Counted from the stretch's first letter, positions 9,700 through 19,469 are shown. The stretch: 64,000 nt of DNA from an uncultured delta proteobacterium (GCA_963842085.1 CAWJET010000001.1:928001-992000), one strand, 5' to 3'. The notes: a model not told the origin generated them from the sequence alone. Numbers and translations are program-made.

Positions 9700-10629
9700 T
9701 CACATGAGTTGGAGTTTTGCGCAGGCACAAGGTTCCTCGCGATGGCACTGAAACTGACCTGTGTCTGGCGAATTGCTGATTCTGGGAAAATCAGTAATTC
9801 GCCACACACAGGTGAATTTCGGCTCCCGGCGCTGCAAAAACGCCTGCAGTCCTTCTTGACGGTCCCGGCTTATCTCCTGCGGATGGGTGAATAGGATGTA
9901 TTCCCGTTCATCTACACGGACTTTGTTGTCCGTTGTCTTGTAGTGCCCGTACTTGACCGACTTGATGTAAAGCGGCGGAATCTTCTTGAGCAAGTCAGCC
10001 CAGCGGATCGCCTCGTCCATCACCTGCTCATCCGCAACGACCCTGTTGACCAGCCCGACCTCATAGGCGCGCTGCGCGTCCATGATCTGCCCGCCATTCC
10101 AAGCTAGCAGCATGAACTCGAGGCTGATCTTGAAGGGCATATAGGGAAGATACTCCACCGGTGGGATCGGCGTGCCAATCCGTGCTTCCGGAAAACCCAT
10201 CAGCGTGCTCTCGCCGGCGATCGTAATGTCGCAGCCGCGAACCGCGAGCGCATAGCCGGCCCCCAGCGTGTAGCCCTTGATCGCGCCGACGATCGGCTTG
10301 AACACGGTGATGCCGTTCTGCGGATAGCCTTGATGGACTTGAAATGGCACTTCGCGATCGATCGCACCGGGGCTCACGTCCGCGCCGGCGCAGAAATGCT
10401 TGCCAGCGCCGGTGAGGATGGCGACTTTGGCGGCAGGGTCGGCCTCGAACCGTTTCCAGGTTGCGCACAAGGCGTCACTGAGCGCGCCGTTGAGCGCGTT
10501 GACCTTTTCTGGCCGATTCAACGTGATGAAGGCGATTTGATCCTTCACCTCATAGAGCAGCACATTCTCTGACTTCGCCGCCTTGAGCTTGGCGTTGCGC
10601 TTCTCCTGCGCGCTCAACACACTAGCCAT
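9700..10629 (-). CDS. Enoyl-CoA hydratase/isomerase with palindrome-derived C-terminal extension
   Basis: ITLNRPEKVNAL, FCAGAD, GLVNRVV, AFLQRREPKFT then CVWRITDFPRISNSPDT encoded by repeat copy C. Confidence 0.85.
   Translation of the reverse strand: MASVLSAQEKRNAKLKAAKSENVLLYEVKDQIAFITLNRPEKVNALNGALSDALCATWKRFEADPAAKVAILTGAGKHFCAGADVSPGAIDREVPFQVHQGYPQNGITVFKPIVGAIKGYTLGAGYALAVRGCDITIAGESTLMGFPEARIGTPIPPVEYLPYMPFKISLEFMLLAWNGGQIMDAQRAYEVGLVNRVVADEQVMDEAIRWADLLKKIPPLYIKSVKYGHYKTTDNKVRVDEREYILFTHPQEISRDRQEGLQAFLQRREPKFTCVWRITDFPRISNSPDTGQFQCHREEPCACAKLQLM
9760..9810. repeat. Palindromic element copy C (51 bp) inside the ECH 3' end
   Basis: ACC|TGTGTCTGGCGAATTGCTGATTCTGGGAAAATCAGTAATTCGCCACACACA|GGT. 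Confidence 0.9.
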
Positions 10630-10863
10630 GGCGTCTCTCCTCTGATTGGTCACGCGGCCTCAGCGCCTCCACCGCCGTCTCTGCGATCGGATCTGCCGGA
10701 TTGGTGTAAACCGGGATCTTCACTTCGAAACTTGATTCAGACTCGCACCGGTACCGGGCGGTTTGCAAACGCGCATACGAAAAGGCGCCTCCCCCCGGGC
10801 GCCGGGAGGGGCTGGTTTCGCATCTCGCGGCCGCGCAACGCATTCATTCGACGGTCAGCTTGG

Positions 10864-10914
10864 TGTGTGTGGCGAATTGCTGATTCTGGGAAAATCAGCA
10901 ATTCGCCACACACA
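10864..10914. repeat. Palindromic element copy D (51 bp)
   Basis: TGTGTGTGGCGAATTGCTGATTCTGGGAAAATCAGCAATTCGCCACACACA|GGT; 2 mismatches to copy C. Confidence 0.9.
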
Positions 10915-10915
10915 G

Positions 10916-11716
10916 GTCGGAAGCGAATTTAAATATACCGTCAAGGCTGGCGATACCCTGGTCAGCATCGGCGCTCGTAGTGGAATCGAGAGCGGGACGC
11001 TGGCAGCAATGAACGGACTCAAACCAAGGACAGCCTTGAAGCCGGGTCAGGTGCTTTACATCGACAACCGCCACATCGTTCCGGCGGATTTGCCCGATGG
11101 CATTCTGGTCAATCTGCCGCAGCGAAAACTGTTCTTACTGAATGGCGGCAAGGTCCAGGGAAATTATCCGATTGGTCCGGGTAAGGCTGCCTTCGCTACG
11201 CCAATCGGCAGCTTCGCGGTTATTCAGATGCGCGAGAACCCGACCTGGTATGTACCGAAATCGATCCAGGACGAATGGGCGCGAGCAGGCAAGGTGGTCA
11301 AGAAGACCGTTCCACCCGGCCCTAACAATCCATTAGGCGGTTACTGGATCGGACTGAGCTTTCCGTCGTACGGGATTCACGGCACGAATGCTCCGCTCTC
11401 GATCTATGACTTTCAGAGCCGGGGTTGTATTCGGATGCATCCCGATGACGCGGGCGCGCTGTTCCGGCAGGTGAAAGTCGGCCAGCCTGGAGAGATCATT
11501 TATGAGCCCGTGTTGATGGCGCAACTCCAGGACGGCGAGATCCTTCTCGAAGTGCATCGTGATCCGTACAGAAAGAAGAGCAAGGACGCACTGCAATTTG
11601 TCCGCGACTTGGCCGCCGCCAACAATCTGGAACAACAGATCGATTGGAGGAAGACCACGGAGGCAATATCCCGCAACGACGGCGTAGCCCGCGAGATCAG
11701 TGCGATCACCCACTGA
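10916..11716 (+). CDS. LysM + L,D-transpeptidase (YkuD/ErfK family); native N-terminus not evident
   Basis: YTVKAGDTL LysM, NPTWYVP, PGPNNPLG, YGIHGT...SRGCIRM; recognisable sequence starts right after repeat D; no signal peptide upstream. Confidence 0.8.
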   Translation, partial: VGSEFKYTVKAGDTLVSIGARSGIESGTLAAMNGLKPRTALKPGQVLYIDNRHIVPADLPDGILVNLPQRKLFLLNGGKVQGNYPIGPGKAAFATPIGSFAVIQMRENPTWYVPKSIQDEWARAGKVVKKTVPPGPNNPLGGYWIGLSFPSYGIHGTNAPLSIYDFQSRGCIRMHPDDAGALFRQVKVGQPGEIIYEPVLMAQLQDGEILLEVHRDPYRKKSKDALQFVRDLAAANNLEQQIDWRKTTEAISRNDGVAREISAITH

Positions 11717-11813
11717 TGATCCGCGGCCCCGCGTCGTCTCGTCTGCGCTTGGAATCGTCTGAGCATCGCCCGGTGGAAGTCCGCACTTAAGCGGGACCGT
11801 CGCTGTGCGAAGA

Positions 11814-13106
11814 CTAGAATTTCCAGATGATGTTGACCGCGACAAAGTTCAAAAGGTTCGTTGAATGGTGCCCCTGCAGAGTTCCGGCCAGCGGTCCGCG
11901 GCGATTGCTGTAGGGGCCCGGCCCGGCGTCCATCAACTCCCATGCGGTACCCGCCGTCACATTTTCATTGATCTGGTATTGGATGCCGGTTCCGTAGCGT
12001 AACTGTCGATCCAGTGGCAGCACGGCGTTACGATTCGCTTTCGAAACCGGCGAACTGTCATACGCGAATCCCGCTGACCACAGCCACCTCTCGGCGATCC
12101 GATATTGCTGCCCAATCGCTATCTGCCATGTGTTCGAGAAATGCAGATTCGTGTCGACATCCGTCGTTTGCGTGGGCGAGGAGATTCCGACTGGGAATTC
12201 CCCGAAATCCGCCCAGTTCTGCCATCCGACGTTGCCCATAAGACTGAGGTTCGGCAGGACCTCGTAGACCCCACTTGCCATCACTTGCTCCGGTTTCGAC
12301 AAAGGAAGATTGACTTTCACTCCGCCGATTTTTTTGCGGATAAAATTGAGACCGGGGCCGAGACCCGTCAGGTGCGTCCGAAAGCCGAATTTGTAATCTT
12401 CCGGCGACTGATAAGTGAGTCCGATGCGAAGTTTGGAAAACGGCCTGACCAATATGCCGACGTTACCGCCGAACGCTTCGTCCCACGACTCTAACGCCAA
12501 GCCGCCATCCGGTAGAGGAGGCCTAAGGATGCGAGGGGGGTTCTTAATTTTCGATTGAAACGTGAGACGCCCGACCCCGAAGTTGAAACCTGCTCCCACT
12601 GACAGCCAGTTATTCACCTGGTAAGCGATTGACGGGTTGACCTTGCCGGTGATGAGTTGGGCCCGGGTTATGTAATAGCGCCCGACCCAGGTTTTGCCGT
12701 AATCTCCGCTAAGACCGAAATCTGAAACGATCGCCACGCCGAGCCGCACTCGCTCGGACCATTTGTACACATAGAAGAACGAGCCGATTGGAAAGAACAC
12801 GCCGGAATTGCCACCACCGCCGCCCTGTGTTGTGGTTTGCGGCGCTACATCGAAGTTGGTCGAGGGCAGGAGCGCGCCGGACGCACCCAGCAGTTGCGAA
12901 CGATCGAGCAGTGTCATCCCGGCGGGATTGGCGGCAGCGGTCGAGGCGTCCGCAGCCATTGCGGCACGCCCGGCGCTCGCGGTGCCGAGGTCAGGTGCGC
13001 CGGTCTCATAGAGCAGAAGCCCGGAGCCTCGCGCAGACGTGGCGAGCGCCAGCACGGCCGCGATTGCCAGACAGATAGGCCTATGTGTCCGGCGCAACAG
13101 TTGCAC
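11814..13106 (-). CDS. FadL/OmpP1/TodX outer-membrane transporter
   Basis: Signal peptide, GLLLYETGAPDLGTASAG, DASTAAANPAGM, C-terminal WKF. Confidence 0.9.
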   Translation of the reverse strand: MQLLRRTHRPICLAIAAVLALATSARGSGLLLYETGAPDLGTASAGRAAMAADASTAAANPAGMTLLDRSQLLGASGALLPSTNFDVAPQTTTQGGGGGNSGVFFPIGSFFYVYKWSERVRLGVAIVSDFGLSGDYGKTWVGRYYITRAQLITGKVNPSIAYQVNNWLSVGAGFNFGVGRLTFQSKIKNPPRILRPPLPDGGLALESWDEAFGGNVGILVRPFSKLRIGLTYQSPEDYKFGFRTHLTGLGPGLNFIRKKIGGVKVNLPLSKPEQVMASGVYEVLPNLSLMGNVGWQNWADFGEFPVGISSPTQTTDVDTNLHFSNTWQIAIGQQYRIAERWLWSAGFAYDSSPVSKANRNAVLPLDRQLRYGTGIQYQINENVTAGTAWELMDAGPGPYSNRRGPLAGTLQGHHSTNLLNFVAVNIIWKF

Positions 13107-13227
13107 AGCCGTCCCCTGCTGTTTTACACAGCACGCTTGACAAAGACAGCCGGAACGGCGGGCATCAGACTGTCGATGTCCATCGTGCTAAGTGGCGATC
13201 CGACTCGTCTACGGCGCAATCATGGTG

Positions 13228-15609
13228 CTACTGCAGGGTCATCAACATGTTCACCAGGTCTTCGCGTGAGATGAGATGATCCACGTTTTCTTTCGTGTCC
13301 GCGTCGATCACTATGACTTGCACTGTCCCCGTGAACGCGTTGTTCTCAGTCGGCACCTCAGGCGTTACCGGTGCTCCGCGCTTCAGACCAACGTCGGAGG
13401 TTTCATCTGCAGAAAAGACCATGGCTATTGTATGTTCGACCCGGCCTGAACCCACCGGGTTACCGTCAATATAGAGCGTCACGGTTCCTCCCTTTCCTAA
13501 GCCGCCGCCGTCGTATGCAAACTCCATTCGCACCTGATGTTCGCCGGATGGGAGTGGCTGTGTCGCCGAGATGGTGTACTTCTCTAATCCGGCGAAGTTG
13601 TAGCAATACTTCAAGTGAGCGTCTTTGACATAGAGGATCCATCCTCCGGCAAAGCCCCCCTGCGATAGAATCGCGCCTTCACACGGTTTGCCATCGGGTA
13701 CAATCACTTGAGCAGTGATCGAATGACTCTTGTTCTTTATGTTTAGCACTGCACTTTCATTTAACCCGCCCATGCCTCTCGCGAGTATCTGTGTATTGCC
13801 ACGTACCAGCGTTGGCCGGCCCGCCAGATCAGAGTTGAAGCGCTCGATAATGCGATCGTCCATCGGCAAAACGCCATTGCGTGTCGCCTCGATAATCCAC
13901 AAGCGCTGCAGCTCATGCAGTTTTTCAGGCATCTGCTTCGAAAGGTCATGTGCCTGTGTCCAATCCTTATTTGTGTCGTACAATTCCCAAACGTCATCAT
14001 CGAATGGCGGCGTCTTTCCGGTCACTATCCACGGGGTGCGATGGCGGGTCACGGCCGTCCAGCCCTTATGGTAGATCCCGCGATTGCCAAACATCTCAAA
14101 GTACTGCGTCTCGCGCCGCTCCGCCGCTTTCGCGTCGTCGAAGCTATAGAGCATGCTGACGCCCTGCATCGGTACCTGCGCGACGCTATTAACCATGTAG
14201 GGTTCGGGAAGCTGGGCCGCTTCGAGAATCGTCGGTGCTACATCGATCACGTGGTGAAATTGATTCCTGATCTCTCCCTTGGCCCTGATCCCCTTGGGCC
14301 AATGGACCACTGTGCCGTTGCGCGTTCCGCCCCAGTGCGATGCGACCTGCTTGGTCCATTGATATGGCGTGTCCGTGGCGTGCGCCCAGCCCACGGCGTA
14401 GTGATTATACGACTCCGGAGTGCCTAGTTTGTTGATGTGAGCTTTCAGGAACTCCTTGGTTTCCAACGCGCTGAGGCCGTTGGCAACAAGAACCTCGTTG
14501 AAAGTACCCAGCGGAGTTCCTTCACCCGAAGCTCCGTTATCGCCGATGATATAGTAGATCATCGTGTCGTCGAATACCTGTAATTGTTTCAACGCGTCGA
14601 TTAGCCGCCCAATGTGATAATCGGTGAACTCCAGGAACCCAGCGAACACTTCCATTTGGCGAGCCAACACGGGTTTAAAATCCGCAGCCTGGTCGTCCCA
14701 TGCGGGAATCTCGGAAGGACGTTTTGTCAGATCGCAGCCCTCGGGAATAACTCCGAGCTTTTTCTGGCGCGCGAAAATCTCTTCGCGAAGTTTGTCCCAT
14801 CCTTGATCGAACTTGCCTTTGTATTTGTCAGCCCACTCCTTCGGAACGTGATGCGGCGCGTGGGCTGCTCCCGGCGCGAAGTACATCAAAAAGGGCCTGG
14901 ACGCTGCCAACACTCGCTGCTGACGCACCCAGTCGATCGCGCGATCGGTCATGTCAGCCATGAAATGGTAGCCTTCTTCGGGTGTAGCGGGAGGCTCGAC
15001 ACTCTTGGTGCCTTCGTGAAGCGACGGATAATACTGATTCGTCTCGCCCGCGAGGAATCCGTAGAAGTGTTCGAATCCTGAACCCGTGGGCCAGCGATCG
15101 AACGGGCCTACCGGACTCGCCTCCCACACCGGCACTTCATGGCACTTGCCGAACTGGGCTGTAGAGTATCCGTTCATTCGAAGAATCTCAGCGATGGTCG
15201 CCATAGAGTTCGGCCGGCGCGAGGTATAGCCCGGTGCCGAGGTCGCCATCTCCGTAATTCCACCAAACCCCAGCATGTGATGGTTACGGCCGCCTAGAAG
15301 CGCTGACCGGGTCGGGGAGCACAGCGCCGTTGTGTGAAATCGCGTATATCGCAATCCGTTTGCCGCGAGCTGTTCAGCAATCGGCGTCTCGCATGGCCCT
15401 CCAAATGCACTCGACGCGCCGAACCCAACATCGTCAAGGAGTATGAGCAAAACGTTCGGCGCACCTTGCGGCGGACGCAGCACCTCGATCGGCGCAAACT
15501 TGGAATCGGGATCCTTCGCGTCATACGCGACAAATCCGGCATATTGCTTGTCGGGAATGGGCAGGACGTCGCGCTGAATTTGTTTCGATGTGTTCTTGGA
15601 ATCGCTCAT
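13228..15609 (-). CDS. Arylsulfatase (Cys-type, formylglycine dependent)
   Basis: PNVLLILLDDVG, CSPTR motif, GYSTAQFGKCH, GDNG. Confidence 0.95.
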   Translation of the reverse strand: MSDSKNTSKQIQRDVLPIPDKQYAGFVAYDAKDPDSKFAPIEVLRPPQGAPNVLLILLDDVGFGASSAFGGPCETPIAEQLAANGLRYTRFHTTALCSPTRSALLGGRNHHMLGFGGITEMATSAPGYTSRRPNSMATIAEILRMNGYSTAQFGKCHEVPVWEASPVGPFDRWPTGSGFEHFYGFLAGETNQYYPSLHEGTKSVEPPATPEEGYHFMADMTDRAIDWVRQQRVLAASRPFLMYFAPGAAHAPHHVPKEWADKYKGKFDQGWDKLREEIFARQKKLGVIPEGCDLTKRPSEIPAWDDQAADFKPVLARQMEVFAGFLEFTDYHIGRLIDALKQLQVFDDTMIYYIIGDNGASGEGTPLGTFNEVLVANGLSALETKEFLKAHINKLGTPESYNHYAVGWAHATDTPYQWTKQVASHWGGTRNGTVVHWPKGIRAKGEIRNQFHHVIDVAPTILEAAQLPEPYMVNSVAQVPMQGVSMLYSFDDAKAAERRETQYFEMFGNRGIYHKGWTAVTRHRTPWIVTGKTPPFDDDVWELYDTNKDWTQAHDLSKQMPEKLHELQRLWIIEATRNGVLPMDDRIIERFNSDLAGRPTLVRGNTQILARGMGGLNESAVLNIKNKSHSITAQVIVPDGKPCEGAILSQGGFAGGWILYVKDAHLKYCYNFAGLEKYTISATQPLPSGEHQVRMEFAYDGGGLGKGGTVTLYIDGNPVGSGRVEHTIAMVFSADETSDVGLKRGAPVTPEVPTENNAFTGTVQVIVIDADTKENVDHLISREDLVNMLMTLQ

Positions 15610-15789
15610 GATACTTCTCCCTCTGTCGCGTAGATTGAGGGTGCGGAAACGCGGTTAAAGCTGTGACTTTCCGAACCCCAAGCTTCTACAACCCTCGCGA
15701 AATCAGTGTCAAGCTGATGCACGCCACGGGTCCCCTTGCTCGCTGAGGCTGATGTTTTGGTAACACAACGGAAACCCATGCTTAAAACA

Positions 15790-16560
15790 TCACTTGGCTA
15801 TCCTGCCGATCAATTCTCGAATCGGCTCCTGGCTTACGCTTACCAGCCCGCGTGCGGGTTGGTTTAAATCGAGAATGACGGAGATCGTGAGAACTACGAC
15901 GAGTATGAAGCCCAGCGTGCCTCCCAGCTCCACTCTGGCGGCAATGCCTTGTTCGCGTCCAACCAATATCGTTGAGACAATCGCTGACACAAAGAGTAAG
16001 ACTATGATCTCCGGCGGGAGGCGGTCTTTCACTGCGGCGAGGCGCGCGGACTGGCTATTCTGCACGCGATTGAGGCTGCTCAGCAATGTTGCGCCGAGGG
16101 TCGGGTCCTCCTTTTTCATTGCCTCGGAAACTAACTCTCTCATCTGGATCTGCATCGTCTGAAAGCGTGGGAGCGCCACTCGCAATTCGGCCTCCGGATG
16201 GCTTGAGTCTCCGATCTTGAGTCGGAGCTCAACATACTCTCTGATCAGTTGAATCAGCTCGCTTCGCGGCGGTTCGTTAAGCACGCTGACACAGGTATAA
16301 AAGTCGCCGATCGAATTCGCATCGGCGAGGACCATATCCCTGCGATTGTCGTGCTTGTTCAACGACATTCCAAAACTGAAGGCGAGCAGCAGGCTCAGAA
16401 GTGCCAGGCTTGCATCATCGAATTTGCTCCCCGCCCGCGGGCTGGGGAGGTCGCGAAGCCTCGACCCGAGCCGCCACGCCACGCCCCATGACACAAGCAT
16501 TGCCACGGCAAGCAGAACAACTACAGTATGGGGATGATACTCTGTGAAGATGTCGTTCAT
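15790..16560 (-). CDS. DUF4239-like membrane protein
   Basis: LLSLLLAFSFG...EANxIG-like (DANSIGD), ILDLNQPARG; several TM helices. Confidence 0.7.
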   Translation of the reverse strand: MNDIFTEYHPHTVVVLLAVAMLVSWGVAWRLGSRLRDLPSPRAGSKFDDASLALLSLLLAFSFGMSLNKHDNRRDMVLADANSIGDFYTCVSVLNEPPRSELIQLIREYVELRLKIGDSSHPEAELRVALPRFQTMQIQMRELVSEAMKKEDPTLGATLLSSLNRVQNSQSARLAAVKDRLPPEIIVLLFVSAIVSTILVGREQGIAARVELGGTLGFILVVVLTISVILDLNQPARGLVSVSQEPIRELIGRIAK

Positions 16561-16651
16561 TTGTCAACGCTGGCGCGACCGGCGAGCCGGGCGGTCGGCA
16601 ACCGGGGAGGAGTCTCCACCAACGGAGGCTCCCAATCGCTCAAACCGACTG

Positions 16652-17332
16652 TCAACTTATCGAGCCACGGTCTCGAAATCTGATCTTGAGTTGCTCCGCG
16701 ATTGCGTCGGCGGTCGCTTTGGCTCTCCCCTCAAGCGTATTCCTGCCGCTCGCCTCGCCATAAACCTTCATTCCGCCGACCACGATCAGGCCTATCGGAT
16801 TGCCGGTCGCAATCGCGACCGCGGCCGGCGCGACCATTCCCGGCATCTTGTTTCCGGACGAGCTGAGCGTTCCGGACCCAAGCTTGCGCCAGCCCTCGGG
16901 CGTCACTGCATAGCCTTCGACCACCGTGTCCATCTCAGAACTCCCTGCGCCGAATCCGACGACGAAACGCTTGACGGCGCTGCCGCCCTCGACCGAAACG
17001 AGGTAGCCGCGGATTACGCCGTCACCAGCTTGGGGCGCCGATCCCGGCCCGGCCTGCACCGCTGAAAGACCCATGGCGTTGATATCCGCCACCAGGTCTT
17101 TGGCGATGGCCGCGCCAAGTTGACGGCCGCTTTCAAGCTCCTCCGCTGTCGGCGGCGTGCTCGGCGCACTGAGAGCGCCGCTGATGGAGGAATCGGCGGG
17201 CACTTTCGCGGGATCGGCGATGAAGTCGTACACCCAGATCTGATTCGGTCGCGCGAGTCCCGGGCTGACCATCGGTGTTTGCTGGGTGACGTTGGTTGAA
17301 GCGCACCCGGTAAGCACGATCACGGCCAACAA
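16652..17332 (-). CDS. DUF4410-like lipoprotein; native start displaced by inversion
   Basis: Lipobox LTGC, EGGSAVKRFVVGFGAG; native-looking start MSFRSRIVSFL with GGAGG RBS lies on the + strand at 17572-17604. Confidence 0.75.
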   Translation of the reverse strand: MLAVIVLTGCASTNVTQQTPMVSPGLARPNQIWVYDFIADPAKVPADSSISGALSAPSTPPTAEELESGRQLGAAIAKDLVADINAMGLSAVQAGPGSAPQAGDGVIRGYLVSVEGGSAVKRFVVGFGAGSSEMDTVVEGYAVTPEGWRKLGSGTLSSSGNKMPGMVAPAAVAIATGNPIGLIVVGGMKVYGEASGRNTLEGRAKATADAIAEQLKIRFRDRGSIS

Positions 17333-17537
17333 CAAGAGCGGCAATATGGTCACATTTCCGATTGGGCTCAGCGTCTCGAAGGTGCAGAGAATTGGAATCC
17401 TCCCGATACGCTTCGCCGTACAGGGACAATACATGCCGGTGCATCCTGATGCATTCGGTCAGAAATGGAACGTACAGGTGACAATTGCGCCGGTGATCCC
17501 CAAACTGATCAGAGGGAATTTACTCGAGGGTTGGTAA
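17333..17537 (+). pseudogene. Inverted C-terminal fragment of outer-membrane barrel protein 2
   Basis: VTFPIGLSVSKVQRIGILPIRFAVQGQYMPVHPDAFGQKWNVQVTIAPVIP beta-strand C-terminus. Confidence 0.75.
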
Positions 17538-17604
17538 GAGGTTGCGCACACCGAATGATAGGAGGTTCCTTATGAGTTTTCGCAGCCGCATCGTATCATT
17601 CTTG

Positions 17605-18032
17605 GTGACGCGATGGAGATTCCCGCTCCGATTAACGTATGGATTGGAATTCAGTACCTGAAGAACCGGCCGATTGATCAGGTTCCAATCTTCAGTCAGT
17701 GATATGGGCAGCACCGGTTGAAACTGAAGATTTACCTGGTTCCTATCCGAGCGGCCTGTCGGCATGTTCAGCCAGTAGGTATTTTCCTGAAACGTGATCG
17801 ACCAGATAGTCGATATCGGATTGCTCAGCTCTTTGTTTAATTCCGTCACAGACTTCGCGTCATTTGGCGTATTCTCAGCCGCACGGTAGTCCACCGGAGC
17901 CGGCGCGGTCTGCGCTCGTGCGCGCTGCGTCCCGCATACCAGGAGGGTCGCGGCCAGGACGGCTATGGTCGCGCAGGCGACGAGAATCCGGGACCTTCCG
18001 GGAGGTGACCGGCGCGGTCTTTCTTCGGTCAT
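17605..18032 (-). pseudogene. N-terminal fragment of outer-membrane barrel protein 2 (sulfatase-associated family, often labelled neuromedin U)
   Basis: Signal peptide, ELNKELSNPIS, QFQPVLPISLTEDWNLINRP; similarity stops at ~17605. Confidence 0.75.
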
Positions 18033-18124
18033 AGTTCTAGCGTCGGGAACAGTAGCGTGACTTGGAACTTCAGAGCAAATTGCTCCGTCCGGGGAGCAAA
18101 TTGCCGATACACCATCCACTCCGC
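18029..18124 (-). pseudogene. Orphan C-terminus of outer-membrane barrel protein 1
   Basis: EWMVYRQFAPRTEQFALKFQVTLLFPTLEL*; its TGA overlaps the ATG of barrel 2 (ATGA). Confidence 0.6.
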
Positions 18125-18358
18125 CAATACTTCAGGCAGCGCAGGCCGCTTTCCTTGCTCACCCGATTCGAGGGAATCGAGATAATCGGCAACGCCCATT
18201 TGAGTTTTTAGCGGAGGCGCGGGAATCGGATGACCGAGGAAGTCAGCGCGGCGAAGATGCATCATGCCGATTCCGACGACATTTTCCTGCATTTCGTCGA
18301 ATGATGCTTCGATGGCGTGTCGAATGTAGCAGATCGGTCCGGAGCCTGTGGCGTCGAA
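18125..18358 (-). pseudogene. Type I R-M specificity subunit (HsdS)-like fragment
   Basis: HLRRADFLGHPIPAPPLKTQMGVADYLDSL resembles the HsdS IPLPPLxEQxxIxxxLD motif. Confidence 0.45.
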
Positions 18359-18370
18359 CTATGGTCGTGA

Positions 18371-18895
18371 TCAAGCGGTCGTTTCGGTGATACGAAGGGT
18401 TTTCCGGCGCTGAGCCTGAGTAACCTGTCCGGGCATAGCGCGACCCCTAAGGGCTGGTCCCGGCCGGGCGCTCATCTCGCGAGCGTCAATTTTCAATTCG
18501 CAGCTCGGACAGATGAGTTTCGGTTTGATCGTGTGGCCGCAGGGCCGGTGGACCAATTCCACCGGGACGCCCGCGCGTCCAGCCATCCAACGATCACCCC
18601 ACTCGGTCATCGTGGCGATCAACGGATAGAGATCAAACCCTTTTTCCGTAAGCCGATACTCGAAGCGACGCGGGTGCATTTCGTACACGACGCGTCTAAG
18701 AACCCCATCATGCACCAGCTTACGCAGCCGGTCCGACAGCCGATGCGGCGTCAACTGCAAATCCTGCTGAATCGCGTCGAACCTCCGTATGCCGAGGAGG
18801 ACATCGCGGATGATTAGCAAGGTCCAGCGGTCGCCGACCACCGACAGTGTTCGGGCGACTGAGCATGTCATCGTGTCGATTTGTTGCCAGCGCAT
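18371..18895 (-). CDS. HxlR-family winged-helix transcriptional regulator
   Basis: CSVARTLSVVGDRWTLLIIRD, RRFD, EYRLTEKG, WGDRW, C-terminal HxxCG...CxxC. Confidence 0.92.
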   Translation of the reverse strand: MRWQQIDTMTCSVARTLSVVGDRWTLLIIRDVLLGIRRFDAIQQDLQLTPHRLSDRLRKLVHDGVLRRVVYEMHPRRFEYRLTEKGFDLYPLIATMTEWGDRWMAGRAGVPVELVHRPCGHTIKPKLICPSCELKIDAREMSARPGPALRGRAMPGQVTQAQRRKTLRITETTA

Positions 18896-18935
18896 CTGTT
18901 TAACAGCTTTGCACAACACTTGGCATGAAACTAGA

Positions 18936-18948
18936 TTCCAAATTAGAA
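18936..18948. promoter_or_regulatory. Putative HxlR operator upstream of the regulator
   Basis: TTCCAAATTAGAA; five similar sites in the same cluster. Confidence 0.65.
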
Positions 18949-18992
18949 GTTAATAGACCACAATCGTCCAGCGACCTCGATGATCCTCGCGT

Positions 18993-19469
18993 TCATGCGG
19001 GGCCAATCGGCTCGAGAACCACCACCGGGATCTGCCGCGAACCAGCTCGCTTCTGGTAGTCGTCGTAGGGCGGATACATCGCCGCCATCTTGTGCCAGCC
19101 GCGCGTTCGTTCGTCGCCGCTCGCCGTGCGTGCGCGGGCGCGCATGCGCTTCGCGCCCACTCGGATCTCGCACTCCGGATTCGCCTTCAGATTCACATAC
19201 CAGGCCGGATGCGTCGGCGCGCCGCCCTTCGAGCCGATGACGACGTACTTCCCGTCTATCTCCTGGTATAGGAGCGGCAGCGGACGGAGCTTACCGCTCT
19301 TCGCGCCGCGCGCGATCAGGAGCAGCGTCGGCAGCGGGCCGGGTCCGCCGCCAATGGTCGAGTCCCACAGGTGCGCCTTCTCGGGCTCGGACAGATAGAG
19401 CTCCACGTGGTCCTTGATCCACTTCGGCATTGCTTCCGGCAGCTTTTCGAATTCTTCTTTTTCACTCAT
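18993..19469 (-). CDS. Deazaflavin (F420)-dependent nitroreductase / quinone reductase (DDN family)
   Basis: GAKSGKLR, SKGGAPTHPAWYVNL, YQKRAGSRQIPVVVL. Confidence 0.9.
   Translation of the reverse strand: MSEKEEFEKLPEAMPKWIKDHVELYLSEPEKAHLWDSTIGGGPGPLPTLLLIARGAKSGKLRPLPLLYQEIDGKYVVIGSKGGAPTHPAWYVNLKANPECEIRVGAKRMRARARTASGDERTRGWHKMAAMYPPYDDYQKRAGSRQIPVVVLEPIGPA

Noticed and set aside
824-10914. Integron attC sites for the palindromes
   Set aside because: No RYYYAAC/GTTRRRY boxes or extrahelical bases, copies fall inside genes, and there is no intI.
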